Below are positions 56,472 through 64,000 of a stretch of DNA of 64,000 nucleotides, one piece after another (positions within the stretch are counted from its first letter, which is position 1; every line of letters begins with the position of its first letter). The DNA is from Minisyncoccota bacterium (GTDB taxonomy: Bacteria; Patescibacteriota; Minisyncoccia; Phycocordibacterales; Phycocordibacteraceae). The stretch lies in NCBI GenBank assembly GCA_035547315.1, contig DASZVH010000004.1, positions 76,108-140,107 of the forward strand, in the 5' to 3' direction. A model generated the notes under the pieces. That model ran no database searches, had not been told where the DNA came from, and saw only the letters and a program-made list of their open reading frames with translations. The position numbers were made by a program, and so were the translations under genes.

Positions 56472-56969
56472 ATGAGCCATGTCGTGTGGGTGGACGAACA
56501 AGATAACGTGCTCGGCGCAGTCGAGCGCCAGAAAGCGCATGCAGAAGGATTGCGCCATCGAATTTCAGTTATTTTTCTTGTAAACGAGCAGGGCGAAGTC
56601 TTGGTTAATGAGCGAGCGAAAGACGGTCTTCTTGACCATTCCTCCGCGGGACATCTTGACCCAGGCGAAAGTTATCTCAACGGCGCAAAACGGAAGCTAA
56701 AAGAAGAACTCGGAGTGGAAGCTGAACTCACCGATATCGGCCATGGAGAGAGCCGCGATTATCGGCCTCCTCTCGACGGCAGGCATTTCTTCAAAGTATA
56801 TGTTGCTCACGCAAAGCCAGTAGCGCCTGACCCGACCGAAGTAAAGCATGTCTATTGGGCCGATCCCCAAAAGATTCTCGTGGATATGACAAAAAATCCG
56901 GATCGGTATACCGAGGGCTTTAAGGCCTCACTTCCAATATTCTTAAACCGGCCAATGGGAAATCATTAA
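56472..56969 (+). CDS. NUDIX hydrolase (Idi-like), lower GC
   Basis: VDEQDNVLG, H..GLRHR, SAGHLDPGESY..AKRKLKEELGV. Confidence 0.85.
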   Translation: MSHVVWVDEQDNVLGAVERQKAHAEGLRHRISVIFLVNEQGEVLVNERAKDGLLDHSSAGHLDPGESYLNGAKRKLKEELGVEAELTDIGHGESRDYRPPLDGRHFFKVYVAHAKPVAPDPTEVKHVYWADPQKILVDMTKNPDRYTEGFKASLPIFLNRPMGNH

Positions 56970-59189
56970 GAACTCGGCGTTTTTGGTGGGGAGGGATTGG
57001 TAGATTTCCTCGGTGAGGAAGGGCATGAAGGGGTGGAGCGCCTTCACCAAGGCATCGAGCGCGTAGAGGAGGAAGGCCTGGCGCGAGGCCTTTCCCGCCT
57101 CGGGAGCGCTCGAGGGCGCGACTTTGGTGCCGAGTATCTGCTTCGACTCCTCGAGGATCTCGTCGGCGAGCCGATGCCATGCGTAGTGATAGAGCTTCTC
57201 CGCGGCGAGATAGAAGCGGGACTCCTCGAGATCTTTGGTCACATCCGCGAGGAGAGAATCAAGCTCGTCCGCGAGTTCTTGATCGACCGGCAGCAGCGTC
57301 GAGGGATAGTAAGACTTGGCCGAGCGGCCCGGAGCGCTTTCCCGAGATGCTGCTGCCGGGAGATCTGGCGCGCTCTCCAAGATAAAGCGCGCGATGTTCC
57401 ACAATTTATTCGCGAAGTGCTTGTAGCCCTTGACCTTCTGCTCGTCGAACTTTATGTCGTTGCCGACCGCCGTGCCGACCAAGAGGCCCATCCGCAGCGC
57501 GTCCGCTCCATATTTGTCGATCATTTCCAGGGGGTCGATGCCGTTGCCCTGCGACTTGGAGAACTTGCGCCCGCTCTTGTCGCGTACGAGGCCGTGGATC
57601 AGCACGGTCTTGAAGGGGACCTGCCCAAGATGGAAGCCGGCCATGAGTATCATGCGCGAGACCCAGAGAGTGAGGATCTCGTAGCCCGGGCTCATAAAAG
57701 CGGTCGGGTGGTAGGTGCCGAGATCCAGAGTGTGGTCGGGCCAGCCGAGCGTGGAGAAGGTCCAGAGCGCGGAGGAGAACCAGGTGTCGAGCACGTCCGG
57801 GTCCTGGAGCCAGGTCGCGGAGTCCTCGGGCGCCTCGCCCACGCGGATCTCCTCGCCGCGATACCAGACCGGGATCCGGTGGCCGAACCAGATCTGCCTG
57901 CTGATGCACCAGTCGCGCAGGTTGTCGATCCAGTGGAAGTACGCGTTGCGGAATCCCTCTTGCGGCATCGCGACCGCGCCGCTCTCGACCGCCTTGCGCA
58001 TCAGCTGCTTGAGCGTGATCGGCGCTCCGGCGGGGATTCCGGGGATGGAAGAGTGCGCGAGAGTGAAGGGCTTCTCTACGTCCACCCACCACTGCATCTT
58101 GGGCAAGGGCTCGATAACGGCGCCGGTGCGCTCGGCGGTCGCGATGTTTTGCAACACATCCTCCTCCTTCTCCAAGAGGCCCTGGCTCTGGAGCCAGTCG
58201 ACCACGGCCGCGCGCGCCTCGGCGGCCTTGAGCCCGTTAAGGCGGCCCTCGACCTTCATCTTGGCGTATTCGTTGATCACGACGTTGTCGGTGGGGAGCG
58301 CGTGGCGGCGGGCGATCTCCCAGTCTATTTGCGAGTGCGCCGGAGTGACCCCGACCGCGCCGGTGCCGAAGGAGGGATCAACCGCCGCGTCCGCGACGAT
58401 CTTGAGATGGACAGGCACGTCGCAGAATACGGTGTCGTACTCTTTGCCGAGGAACGGCTGGTAGCGCGGGTCCTCGGGGTGCACCGCGACCGCGACGTCG
58501 CCCGCTTTGGTCTCCGGGCGCGTGGTCGCTATCGAGATCGGGAAGTCTTTGGAATATTTGAAGGTGTAGAGCTTGCCCGGGCGCTCCTCGTAGACGATCT
58601 CGTCGTCGCTGATGGTGGTCTGGCCCTTCGGGTCCCAGTTGACGATGCGGTAGCCGCGATAGATAAGCCCGGCCTTGTACATCCGCGTGAAGGCCTCGGT
58701 GACCGCGCGGCTGCGCGCCTTGTCGAGCGCGTAAGCGTAGCGGCTCCAGTCCAGGCTCGCGCCCATGCGGCGGATCTGGTTGAGGATCGTAGACTCGCTC
58801 TCCTTGGCAAAGGCGGTAATCCGGCGCACGAGCTCCTCGCGCCCGAGATCGTGCCGGCTCTTGCCCTCCTCCTTTTGGATATTCTTCTCTACGCGCGCCT
58901 GGGTCGCGATCGCGGCCGAGTCGGTCCCGGGCACAAACAGCGCGCGCTTTCCGCGCATGCGCGCGTAGCGGATCACCGCGTCCTGGAGCGAGTCTTCATA
59001 GGCATGGCCCAGGTGGAGCACGCCCGTGACATTGACCGGCGGGAGCACGACCGAGAAGGGCTCGGTGCGCTCGCCTGGGAGATTGTCGGGGTTGAAATAC
59101 CCGCTCTTCTCCCAGGCCTCGTAGATTCTCCCCTCGGTCCCTGCCGGGTCGTAGGGCTTGGTGAATTTGGGGTCTACCTCTTTTGCCAT
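56943..59189 (-). CDS. valS: Valine--tRNA ligase (short form lacking the C-terminal coiled coil)
   Basis: NVTGVLHLGH, DWCISRQIWFGHRIP, DVLDTWFSS, KFSKS. Confidence 0.96.
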   Translation of the reverse strand: MAKEVDPKFTKPYDPAGTEGRIYEAWEKSGYFNPDNLPGERTEPFSVVLPPVNVTGVLHLGHAYEDSLQDAVIRYARMRGKRALFVPGTDSAAIATQARVEKNIQKEEGKSRHDLGREELVRRITAFAKESESTILNQIRRMGASLDWSRYAYALDKARSRAVTEAFTRMYKAGLIYRGYRIVNWDPKGQTTISDDEIVYEERPGKLYTFKYSKDFPISIATTRPETKAGDVAVAVHPEDPRYQPFLGKEYDTVFCDVPVHLKIVADAAVDPSFGTGAVGVTPAHSQIDWEIARRHALPTDNVVINEYAKMKVEGRLNGLKAAEARAAVVDWLQSQGLLEKEEDVLQNIATAERTGAVIEPLPKMQWWVDVEKPFTLAHSSIPGIPAGAPITLKQLMRKAVESGAVAMPQEGFRNAYFHWIDNLRDWCISRQIWFGHRIPVWYRGEEIRVGEAPEDSATWLQDPDVLDTWFSSALWTFSTLGWPDHTLDLGTYHPTAFMSPGYEILTLWVSRMILMAGFHLGQVPFKTVLIHGLVRDKSGRKFSKSQGNGIDPLEMIDKYGADALRMGLLVGTAVGNDIKFDEQKVKGYKHFANKLWNIARFILESAPDLPAAASRESAPGRSAKSYYPSTLLPVDQELADELDSLLADVTKDLEESRFYLAAEKLYHYAWHRLADEILEESKQILGTKVAPSSAPEAGKASRQAFLLYALDALVKALHPFMPFLTEEIYQSLPTKNAEFLMISHWPV

Positions 59190-59230
59190 TGCCTACGAAA
59201 TATAGCAAAAACCGCGCCAAAAGGCGCGGC

Positions 59231-60460
59231 TTAGGCGAGCGAGAGGGCGCCGGAGGCGGAGAGGGTGGCGGGGTCGGCGAAGTCGGAGCGGAGCGCGCGG
59301 AAGTAGCCCGCGAGCGCGATCATGAGCGCGTTGTCGGTGGTGAGGTCCGCGGAGGGGATGCGCAGGTCTACACCCGGAAATTCTTTAGCGATGTTTTCTT
59401 TAAAAACGCGGCGGATGTGAGTGTTGGCCGAGACGCCGCCGCCGATCACCACGGTCTTCGCGCCGGTCTCCTTGAGCGCTCGCGCGGTCTTCGCCCAGAG
59501 CACCTCGCTTACCGCCTCCTCGAAGGCGAGCGCGATACGCTTTTTGTCTTCATCGTTGATGCCGTCCTGCTTCTTCAAGAGATAGAGCACCGCCGTCTTG
59601 AGTCCGGCGAAGGAGAAGTCGCAGGTGGCGTCATGGAGCATCGGGCGGGGGAGCGCGAGGCCTTTTATGAAATCGTCCGGCTCATTGCGCGCCGCCTCCG
59701 CGAGTTTTGATATCTGCGGGCCGCCCGGGTAGAGGAGGCCGAGCATGCGCGCGACCTTGTCGAAGGCCTCGCCGACCGCGTCGTCGCGCGTCTGGCCGAT
59801 CAATTCGTACTCTAACCACTCGCGCATAAGCACGAGCTCGGTGTGTCCACCCGAGATAAGGAGCGCGAGGATAGGCACCTCGACGCCTTTGATCTCAAGC
59901 GTCTCTCCGCTCTTCTGCGCCAGGCCCGCGAGCACATGCCCCTCCATATGATTAACGGCGACTATCGGCAGCCCCCACGCCGCTGCGAGTGCCTTGGCGA
60001 AGTTGATGCCCACCCAGAGCGCGGGCTCGAGCCCGGGGCCCGCGGTGACCGCGATCGCGTCGAGCGCGGGCCGCTCGCACTCCTTCAAAAATTCGAGCAA
60101 ATTCTCCGCGAGCGCGCCCTCGCGCGCGAGCAGATCGGCGAGCGAGGCGCGCAGCGCCTCGTCGAGCTCCTGCTCGCTTTCATGCAAAAGCTCCGCCTCC
60201 TCGAGCGCGGCCTCAAGCAGGGGGACAAGATTCTTGGCGTGCTCGCGCTTGGCGAGCGCGGGGAAGACGCCGCCATATTCCGCGTGCTTCTCCACCTGCG
60301 AAAGCAGGGCGTTGCCGAGAATCTTGAAACTCGCGGAAGAGGGAGCTTCTCTTCGGGTTGAGAGTCCAGCAAAACCCTTCGAGAAGCTCCCTCCTCCGCT
60401 CGCCTCCACGACCGCTACCGCGGTCTCGTCGCAACTGGTCTCGATAGCCAGGATTTTCAT
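59231..60460 (-). CDS. tsaD: tRNA N6-adenosine threonylcarbamoyltransferase
   Basis: ILAIETSCDET, YGGVFP, NHMEGH, SGGHT, TRDDAVGEAFDK, FSFAGLKT, TDNALMI. Confidence 0.96.
   Translation of the reverse strand: MKILAIETSCDETAVAVVEASGGGSFSKGFAGLSTRREAPSSASFKILGNALLSQVEKHAEYGGVFPALAKREHAKNLVPLLEAALEEAELLHESEQELDEALRASLADLLAREGALAENLLEFLKECERPALDAIAVTAGPGLEPALWVGINFAKALAAAWGLPIVAVNHMEGHVLAGLAQKSGETLEIKGVEVPILALLISGGHTELVLMREWLEYELIGQTRDDAVGEAFDKVARMLGLLYPGGPQISKLAEAARNEPDDFIKGLALPRPMLHDATCDFSFAGLKTAVLYLLKKQDGINDEDKKRIALAFEEAVSEVLWAKTARALKETGAKTVVIGGGVSANTHIRRVFKENIAKEFPGVDLRIPSADLTTDNALMIALAGYFRALRSDFADPATLSASGALSLA
60333..60399. repeat. Hairpin element in frame inside tsaD
   Basis: Arms 60333-60351 and 60381-60399 are 18/19 complementary. 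Confidence 0.7.
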
Positions 60461-60484
60461 AGCGCTATCCTGTACTATAACCGC

Positions 60485-61039
60485 ATGCAGCGCAACGACC
60501 TCCTCTGCTGGGTTGACCTCGAGATGACCTCGCTCGCGGACGCCCGCAAAGACTCGATCATCGAGCTCGCGCTCGTGCTTACGGACGGGGAATTGAACGT
60601 AGTCGCCGAGGGGCCGGATCTCATCATCCACGCGGAGCAGGCAGTTTTTGACGCCCTGCCGGCGGAGGTACGCGCTTTCCACGAGGCGACCGGCATCATC
60701 CCCGAGGCAGTTGCGAGCGAGCTCACGGAAGGGGAGGCCGAAGAGCGGGTGCTCGCTTTCCTCAAGGAGCATTGCGCGCCGCAGTCGGCGCCCCTATGCG
60801 GCAACTCGATCTCGACTGATCGCCACTTCCTCAAGACGCGAATGCCTGCGCTCGACCAGTACCTTTTCTACCGCTCGATAGACGTCTCAAGCATCAAAGA
60901 GCTCGCCAAGCGCTGGGCGCCCGAGGTTTTTGAAAAAGCGCGCGAGCGCAAAGGCGCGAGCGCGCATCGCGCCAAGAGCGACATCATGAAATCGATAGAG
61001 GAGCTCCGCTTCTACCGCGGCGCCCTGTTTACTCGCTGA
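60485..61039 (+). CDS. orn: Oligoribonuclease
   Basis: WVDLEMT, PLCGNS, YRSIDVSSIKEL.KRW, HRA.SDI..SIEEL. Confidence 0.93.
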   Translation: MQRNDLLCWVDLEMTSLADARKDSIIELALVLTDGELNVVAEGPDLIIHAEQAVFDALPAEVRAFHEATGIIPEAVASELTEGEAEERVLAFLKEHCAPQSAPLCGNSISTDRHFLKTRMPALDQYLFYRSIDVSSIKELAKRWAPEVFEKARERKGASAHRAKSDIMKSIEELRFYRGALFTR

Positions 61040-61883
61040 CTTCTTCCCAGGGCAGGGGGCCGCCGGCGGGGATGAAGAAGCCGGCAGAGCCCTTGAGGCC
61101 ATTGCCGCCGTATTTGCGGGCTATCGCGGCGACATCTACTGAGCCGTCGCCGCGTATCGAGACGCCGAAGCCGTCCGGGTGCGCAGAGACCACAAGCGCC
61201 AAGGGCGGCCACTTGCTTGCGAGCTCGTGACCCACATGGGATTTCATCGCCATCACTGGGTGCGTGATGCCGAAGCCGATCTCGTAGCCCTCAAATTTAA
61301 CCTTCTTTGCGCCCGCAACCGACATCTCGGCAAGCTTAAGGAAGTACTCGTTGTAGGTCTTGGCGGTCGAGAGAATCTTGGCCTCTCCCTCTGGCGTCTC
61401 GAGCGCTTTCACGATGCGATCCCAGCTTTCAAAGTCATAGGGCTCGACGATGAGGTAGGAGTAGATCTCCTCGGTCTCGGGGAGCGCGTAGCGGTAGAGG
61501 TCGCCGTCTTCGATGAAGGTGAGGAGCTTCGGCGTTGGCTCGCCCGGGTGGAAGTAGCTCCAGGAAATCGTCGCGCCCGAGTGTTCAGTGTCGAAAACGC
61601 CGGGATACTGTGTCGCCACATCTTTCACACCATGGTGATGGTCGAGAATCGCGATTGATTTCGTGCGTGCAGAAAACTCCTCAAGCTCTTTAGCTGTAGG
61701 GCAGAAGTCGACAAAGACTACATCTCGCTCCTCCATCTTCTCGGGCAGGGGCTTGCCGTAGGAGACGGGGATGTACTCGGCCTCTTCGCCGAACTTCTTC
61801 CAGGCGGCGTATGCGGCGCCGAAACCGTCGATGCACTTGCTGTGATAGAGGATTACCTGCTGCTGCTTCTCGTGCGGGGTCAT
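61029..61883 (-). CDS. DHH/DHHA1 phosphoesterase (NrnB-like nanoRNase)
   Basis: YH..CIDG, DF, ILDHH, SGA, IEDGDL, SIR..VDVAAIA. Confidence 0.85.
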   Translation of the reverse strand: MTPHEKQQQVILYHSKCIDGFGAAYAAWKKFGEEAEYIPVSYGKPLPEKMEERDVVFVDFCPTAKELEEFSARTKSIAILDHHHGVKDVATQYPGVFDTEHSGATISWSYFHPGEPTPKLLTFIEDGDLYRYALPETEEIYSYLIVEPYDFESWDRIVKALETPEGEAKILSTAKTYNEYFLKLAEMSVAGAKKVKFEGYEIGFGITHPVMAMKSHVGHELASKWPPLALVVSAHPDGFGVSIRGDGSVDVAAIARKYGGNGLKGSAGFFIPAGGPLPWEEVSE

Positions 61884-61888
61884 GATGG

Positions 61889-62800
61889 TTATTTTACAAA
61901 ACGAGTATATATCCCTGCGGGGACCACGCGCTCGGTCGAGGACTCTTTGATAAGGAGCTCGCCGGATTCTCCCGCCGTTTCGCCGAAGGCGCTCTCGACT
62001 GCCTGGGAGAAAGCGCGCGGCGAGTAGCCGGCAGCGTAGCCCGAAATAAGGAAGAAGGAGCCTGGCGCCTCGCCCAAGAGCTCTTTGAGGACGGCGAGGA
62101 GCGTGGGCAAGTCCTCCTCGATCTTCCACACCTCGCCTTTGCCGCCGCGGCCGAAGGCCGGCGGGTCGAGTATGATGCCCTCATACTTCGCCCCGCGGCG
62201 CGCCTCGCGCTTGGCGAAGGCGAGGCAATCGTCCGGGATCCAGCGGATCGCGCCCTCGGCGAGGCCGGTGGCGCGCGCGTTCTCATGCGCGTAGTCGAGC
62301 GATTGCTTCGAGGAGTCCACATGCGTCACGAAAGCGCCTGCGTGCGCCGCCGCCAAGGTCGCGACGCCGGTATAGCCGAAGAGGTTCAGCACGCTCGGTT
62401 TCTCGACGCCACCCGCGATAAGCGCTTTGACCCGATCCTTGATCCAGATCCAGTTGGGTTCCTGCTCGGGGAAGACGCCGGTATGCTTGAAGCCCGAGAG
62501 GCGAGCAATGAACTTGAGCGGGCCGCGGCTCATCTCCCAGCCGTTATCGAGGTTTAACCTCGATAACGGAGGTAACGGAGGTTTAACCTCGGTGACGGTC
62601 CAACTGCCTTTGCCGTTTGAGAAGGCGAACTCCGCGCTTGTCTCGCTCCAACGTTCGGGCGCGCGTTTAGCCCAGAGCGCCTGCGTCTCCGGGCGCGCGA
62701 CGACGATCTTGCCGAAGCGCTCGAGCTTCATGTTCTCGCCGCTGTCGAGGAGCTCGTAGTCCTCCCAGCCTTTGGTCACCAGGTGTTTGTCGTGGGTCAT
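61889..62800 (-). CDS. Class I SAM-dependent rRNA methyltransferase (RlmI/K-like)
   Basis: YELLDSG..KLERFG, FKHTGVFPEQ, VLNLFGYTG, ILDPPAFG. Confidence 0.88.
   Translation of the reverse strand: MTHDKHLVTKGWEDYELLDSGENMKLERFGKIVVARPETQALWAKRAPERWSETSAEFAFSNGKGSWTVTEVKPPLPPLSRLNLDNGWEMSRGPLKFIARLSGFKHTGVFPEQEPNWIWIKDRVKALIAGGVEKPSVLNLFGYTGVATLAAAHAGAFVTHVDSSKQSLDYAHENARATGLAEGAIRWIPDDCLAFAKREARRGAKYEGIILDPPAFGRGGKGEVWKIEEDLPTLLAVLKELLGEAPGSFFLISGYAAGYSPRAFSQAVESAFGETAGESGELLIKESSTERVVPAGIYTRFVK
62541..62590. repeat. Palindromic REP-like doublet in frame inside the methyltransferase
   Basis: CCGTTATCGAGGTT-T-AACCTCGATAACGG (perfect 14-bp arms) plus a second GAGGTTTAACCTC at 62578-62590. Confidence 0.8.
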
Positions 62801-63561
62801 GCAGAAGGGGTCGACAGGGAAGCGGGGTGCTTTTTGCTCCACTCGTAGAAGACGATGCCTGCCGAGGCTGCGGCGTTAAGCGATTCGGTGCGCGGGTGCA
62901 TCGGGATGGCGAGCGTGATATCGCAGGCCGCGAGCGTCTTTTCCCTGATTCCCGCGCCTTCGTTCCCGATCACGAACGCCGAGGGCTTCTCGAAGCCTTC
63001 GTTCCCGAGCGCTTGGCCCTCCATGTCGAGGCCGTAGGTCCAGAAGCCCTTCTTCTTCAAGACCTCGAGCGCGTGGTTGACGTTGCCTATAGAGACGAGC
63101 GGGATGCGGAAGGCCATGCCCGCCGAGCTCTTCACCACGGCGCCCGTGATCGGCGCCTGATTACGCTCGGGGATGAGCACGGCCGAGAGGCCGAAGGCCG
63201 CCGCCGAGCGGATGATCGCGCCCACGTTGTGCGGGTCTTGCACTTCTCCGAGGACTGCTATCGCGGTATCTTCTGATACCTCAAGCGACTCGATAAAGTC
63301 ATCAAATTGCGTCAGGAGCTTCCCCGGCTCCATGAGCGCGACGACGCCCTGGTGGACCGCGTCGCGCCCAGCCATCTCGTTGCCGTTCTTGAGGAGGTCG
63401 GTCGGGATCTTGTGCGTAGCGAGCATCTCCGCGAGCTCGTGGTCGCGGAGCTCGGGCGCGAGATATACTTTCTTGATGACGGCCGGATTGCCCGCAAGCG
63501 CCTCCTCAAGCGCGTGCTTGCCGTAGATATAGACCTTCTCGTTCTTTTGCGGCCGAGCCAT
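62797..63561 (-). CDS. rlmB: 23S rRNA 2'-O-methyltransferase RlmB (TrmH family)
   Basis: IYGKH, HQGV, VQDPHNVGAIIRSA, VIGNEGAG, ESLN. Confidence 0.92.
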   Translation of the reverse strand: MARPQKNEKVYIYGKHALEEALAGNPAVIKKVYLAPELRDHELAEMLATHKIPTDLLKNGNEMAGRDAVHQGVVALMEPGKLLTQFDDFIESLEVSEDTAIAVLGEVQDPHNVGAIIRSAAAFGLSAVLIPERNQAPITGAVVKSSAGMAFRIPLVSIGNVNHALEVLKKKGFWTYGLDMEGQALGNEGFEKPSAFVIGNEGAGIREKTLAACDITLAIPMHPRTESLNAAASAGIVFYEWSKKHPASLSTPSA

Positions 63562-63563
63562 TT

Positions 63564-63639
63564 TGGTGCGCGGTGAGGGACTTGAACCCCCGACCCCATC
63601 CACGTCAAGGAAGTGCTCTACCAACTGAGCTAACCGCGC
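63564..63639 (-). tRNA. tRNA-Val (GAC), CCA encoded
   Basis: Acceptor GCGCGGT/ACCGCGC-ACCA; loop TT-GAC-GT. Confidence 0.92.
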
Positions 63640-63989
63640 GCCCCTGGAGGATACATTTTTTCGCGCAATTCCTCAAGCTGCCGCAAGACGGCGGGATCGG
63701 CGATCTTGGCGAAGCGGGGGAAGCGCTTGCCTTCCTTCTCGACCTCTTCCATGAACATCGACAAGGGGCGCACGTCGAACATCCTGCCATTCTTATAGAC
63801 AAAGGCCTCATAGAGCGGGCGATAGACCACGAGAAAGCGATCGCGCTCCTCACAGTCGTCCTCGGTGTGGTGGCCGATGCCGACGACCTCGTAGGCGTAG
63901 TTATTAAACGCACCGGCGGGGTCGTGCTTGTAGTGGTAATAAAAACCGATCTGCGGTACCTCGGTGGGGACAGACGATTCGTACGCCAT
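63630..63989 (-). CDS. DUF1653 domain protein
   Basis: GFYYHYK..YEVVGIGHHTE..VVYRPLY..VRPLSMF.EEV..PRF. Confidence 0.88.
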   Translation of the reverse strand: MAYESSVPTEVPQIGFYYHYKHDPAGAFNNYAYEVVGIGHHTEDDCEERDRFLVVYRPLYEAFVYKNGRMFDVRPLSMFMEEVEKEGKRFPRFAKIADPAVLRQLEELREKMYPPGARG

Positions 63990-64000
63990 CCGCTCAGTAT

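Overview
A 64-kb chromosomal segment of a GC-rich bacterium that looks like Patescibacteria/CPR (Parcubacteria-like). This is an inference from the short ValS, the CPR-style surface proteins, the dense gene packing and the near-absence of Shine-Dalgarno (SD) sites on core genes. The window holds about 65 protein genes, including typA, smpB, ftsH, recG, lemA/htpX, murJ, lepA, valS, tsaD, orn and rlmB. It also holds tmRNA, RNase P RNA and six tRNAs: Ile-UAU, Ser-GGA, Gly-CCC, Arg-CCU, Phe-GAA and Val-GAC. I saw no CRISPR array, integrase, transposase or prophage. Main observations: (1) short palindromic REP-like elements with an AGGT-N3-ACCT core sit in frame inside recG, lepA and an rRNA methyltransferase, and other hairpin or repeat inserts occur in tsaD, valS and a Pif1 helicase; (2) smpB and a DUF1653 gene end inside the 5' ends of tmRNA and tRNA-Val, so RNase P maturation should create non-stop mRNAs, while two tRNAs directly precede the ATG of the next gene; (3) a tRNA-Ile has the rare UAU anticodon; (4) core genes show a TANNNT-6/7 nt-start leaderless layout, whereas several accessory genes are complete SD-led cassettes (an orphan MlaA, an outer-membrane-type beta-barrel, Cfa, PyrD/PyrC, a tandem C39-like protein); (5) two small tRNA-anchored lower-GC islets carry tRNA 3' fragments; (6) a frameshifted NTP-pyrophosphohydrolase gene lies between lemA and htpX. 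All product calls come from motif recognition by eye; no database search was run.
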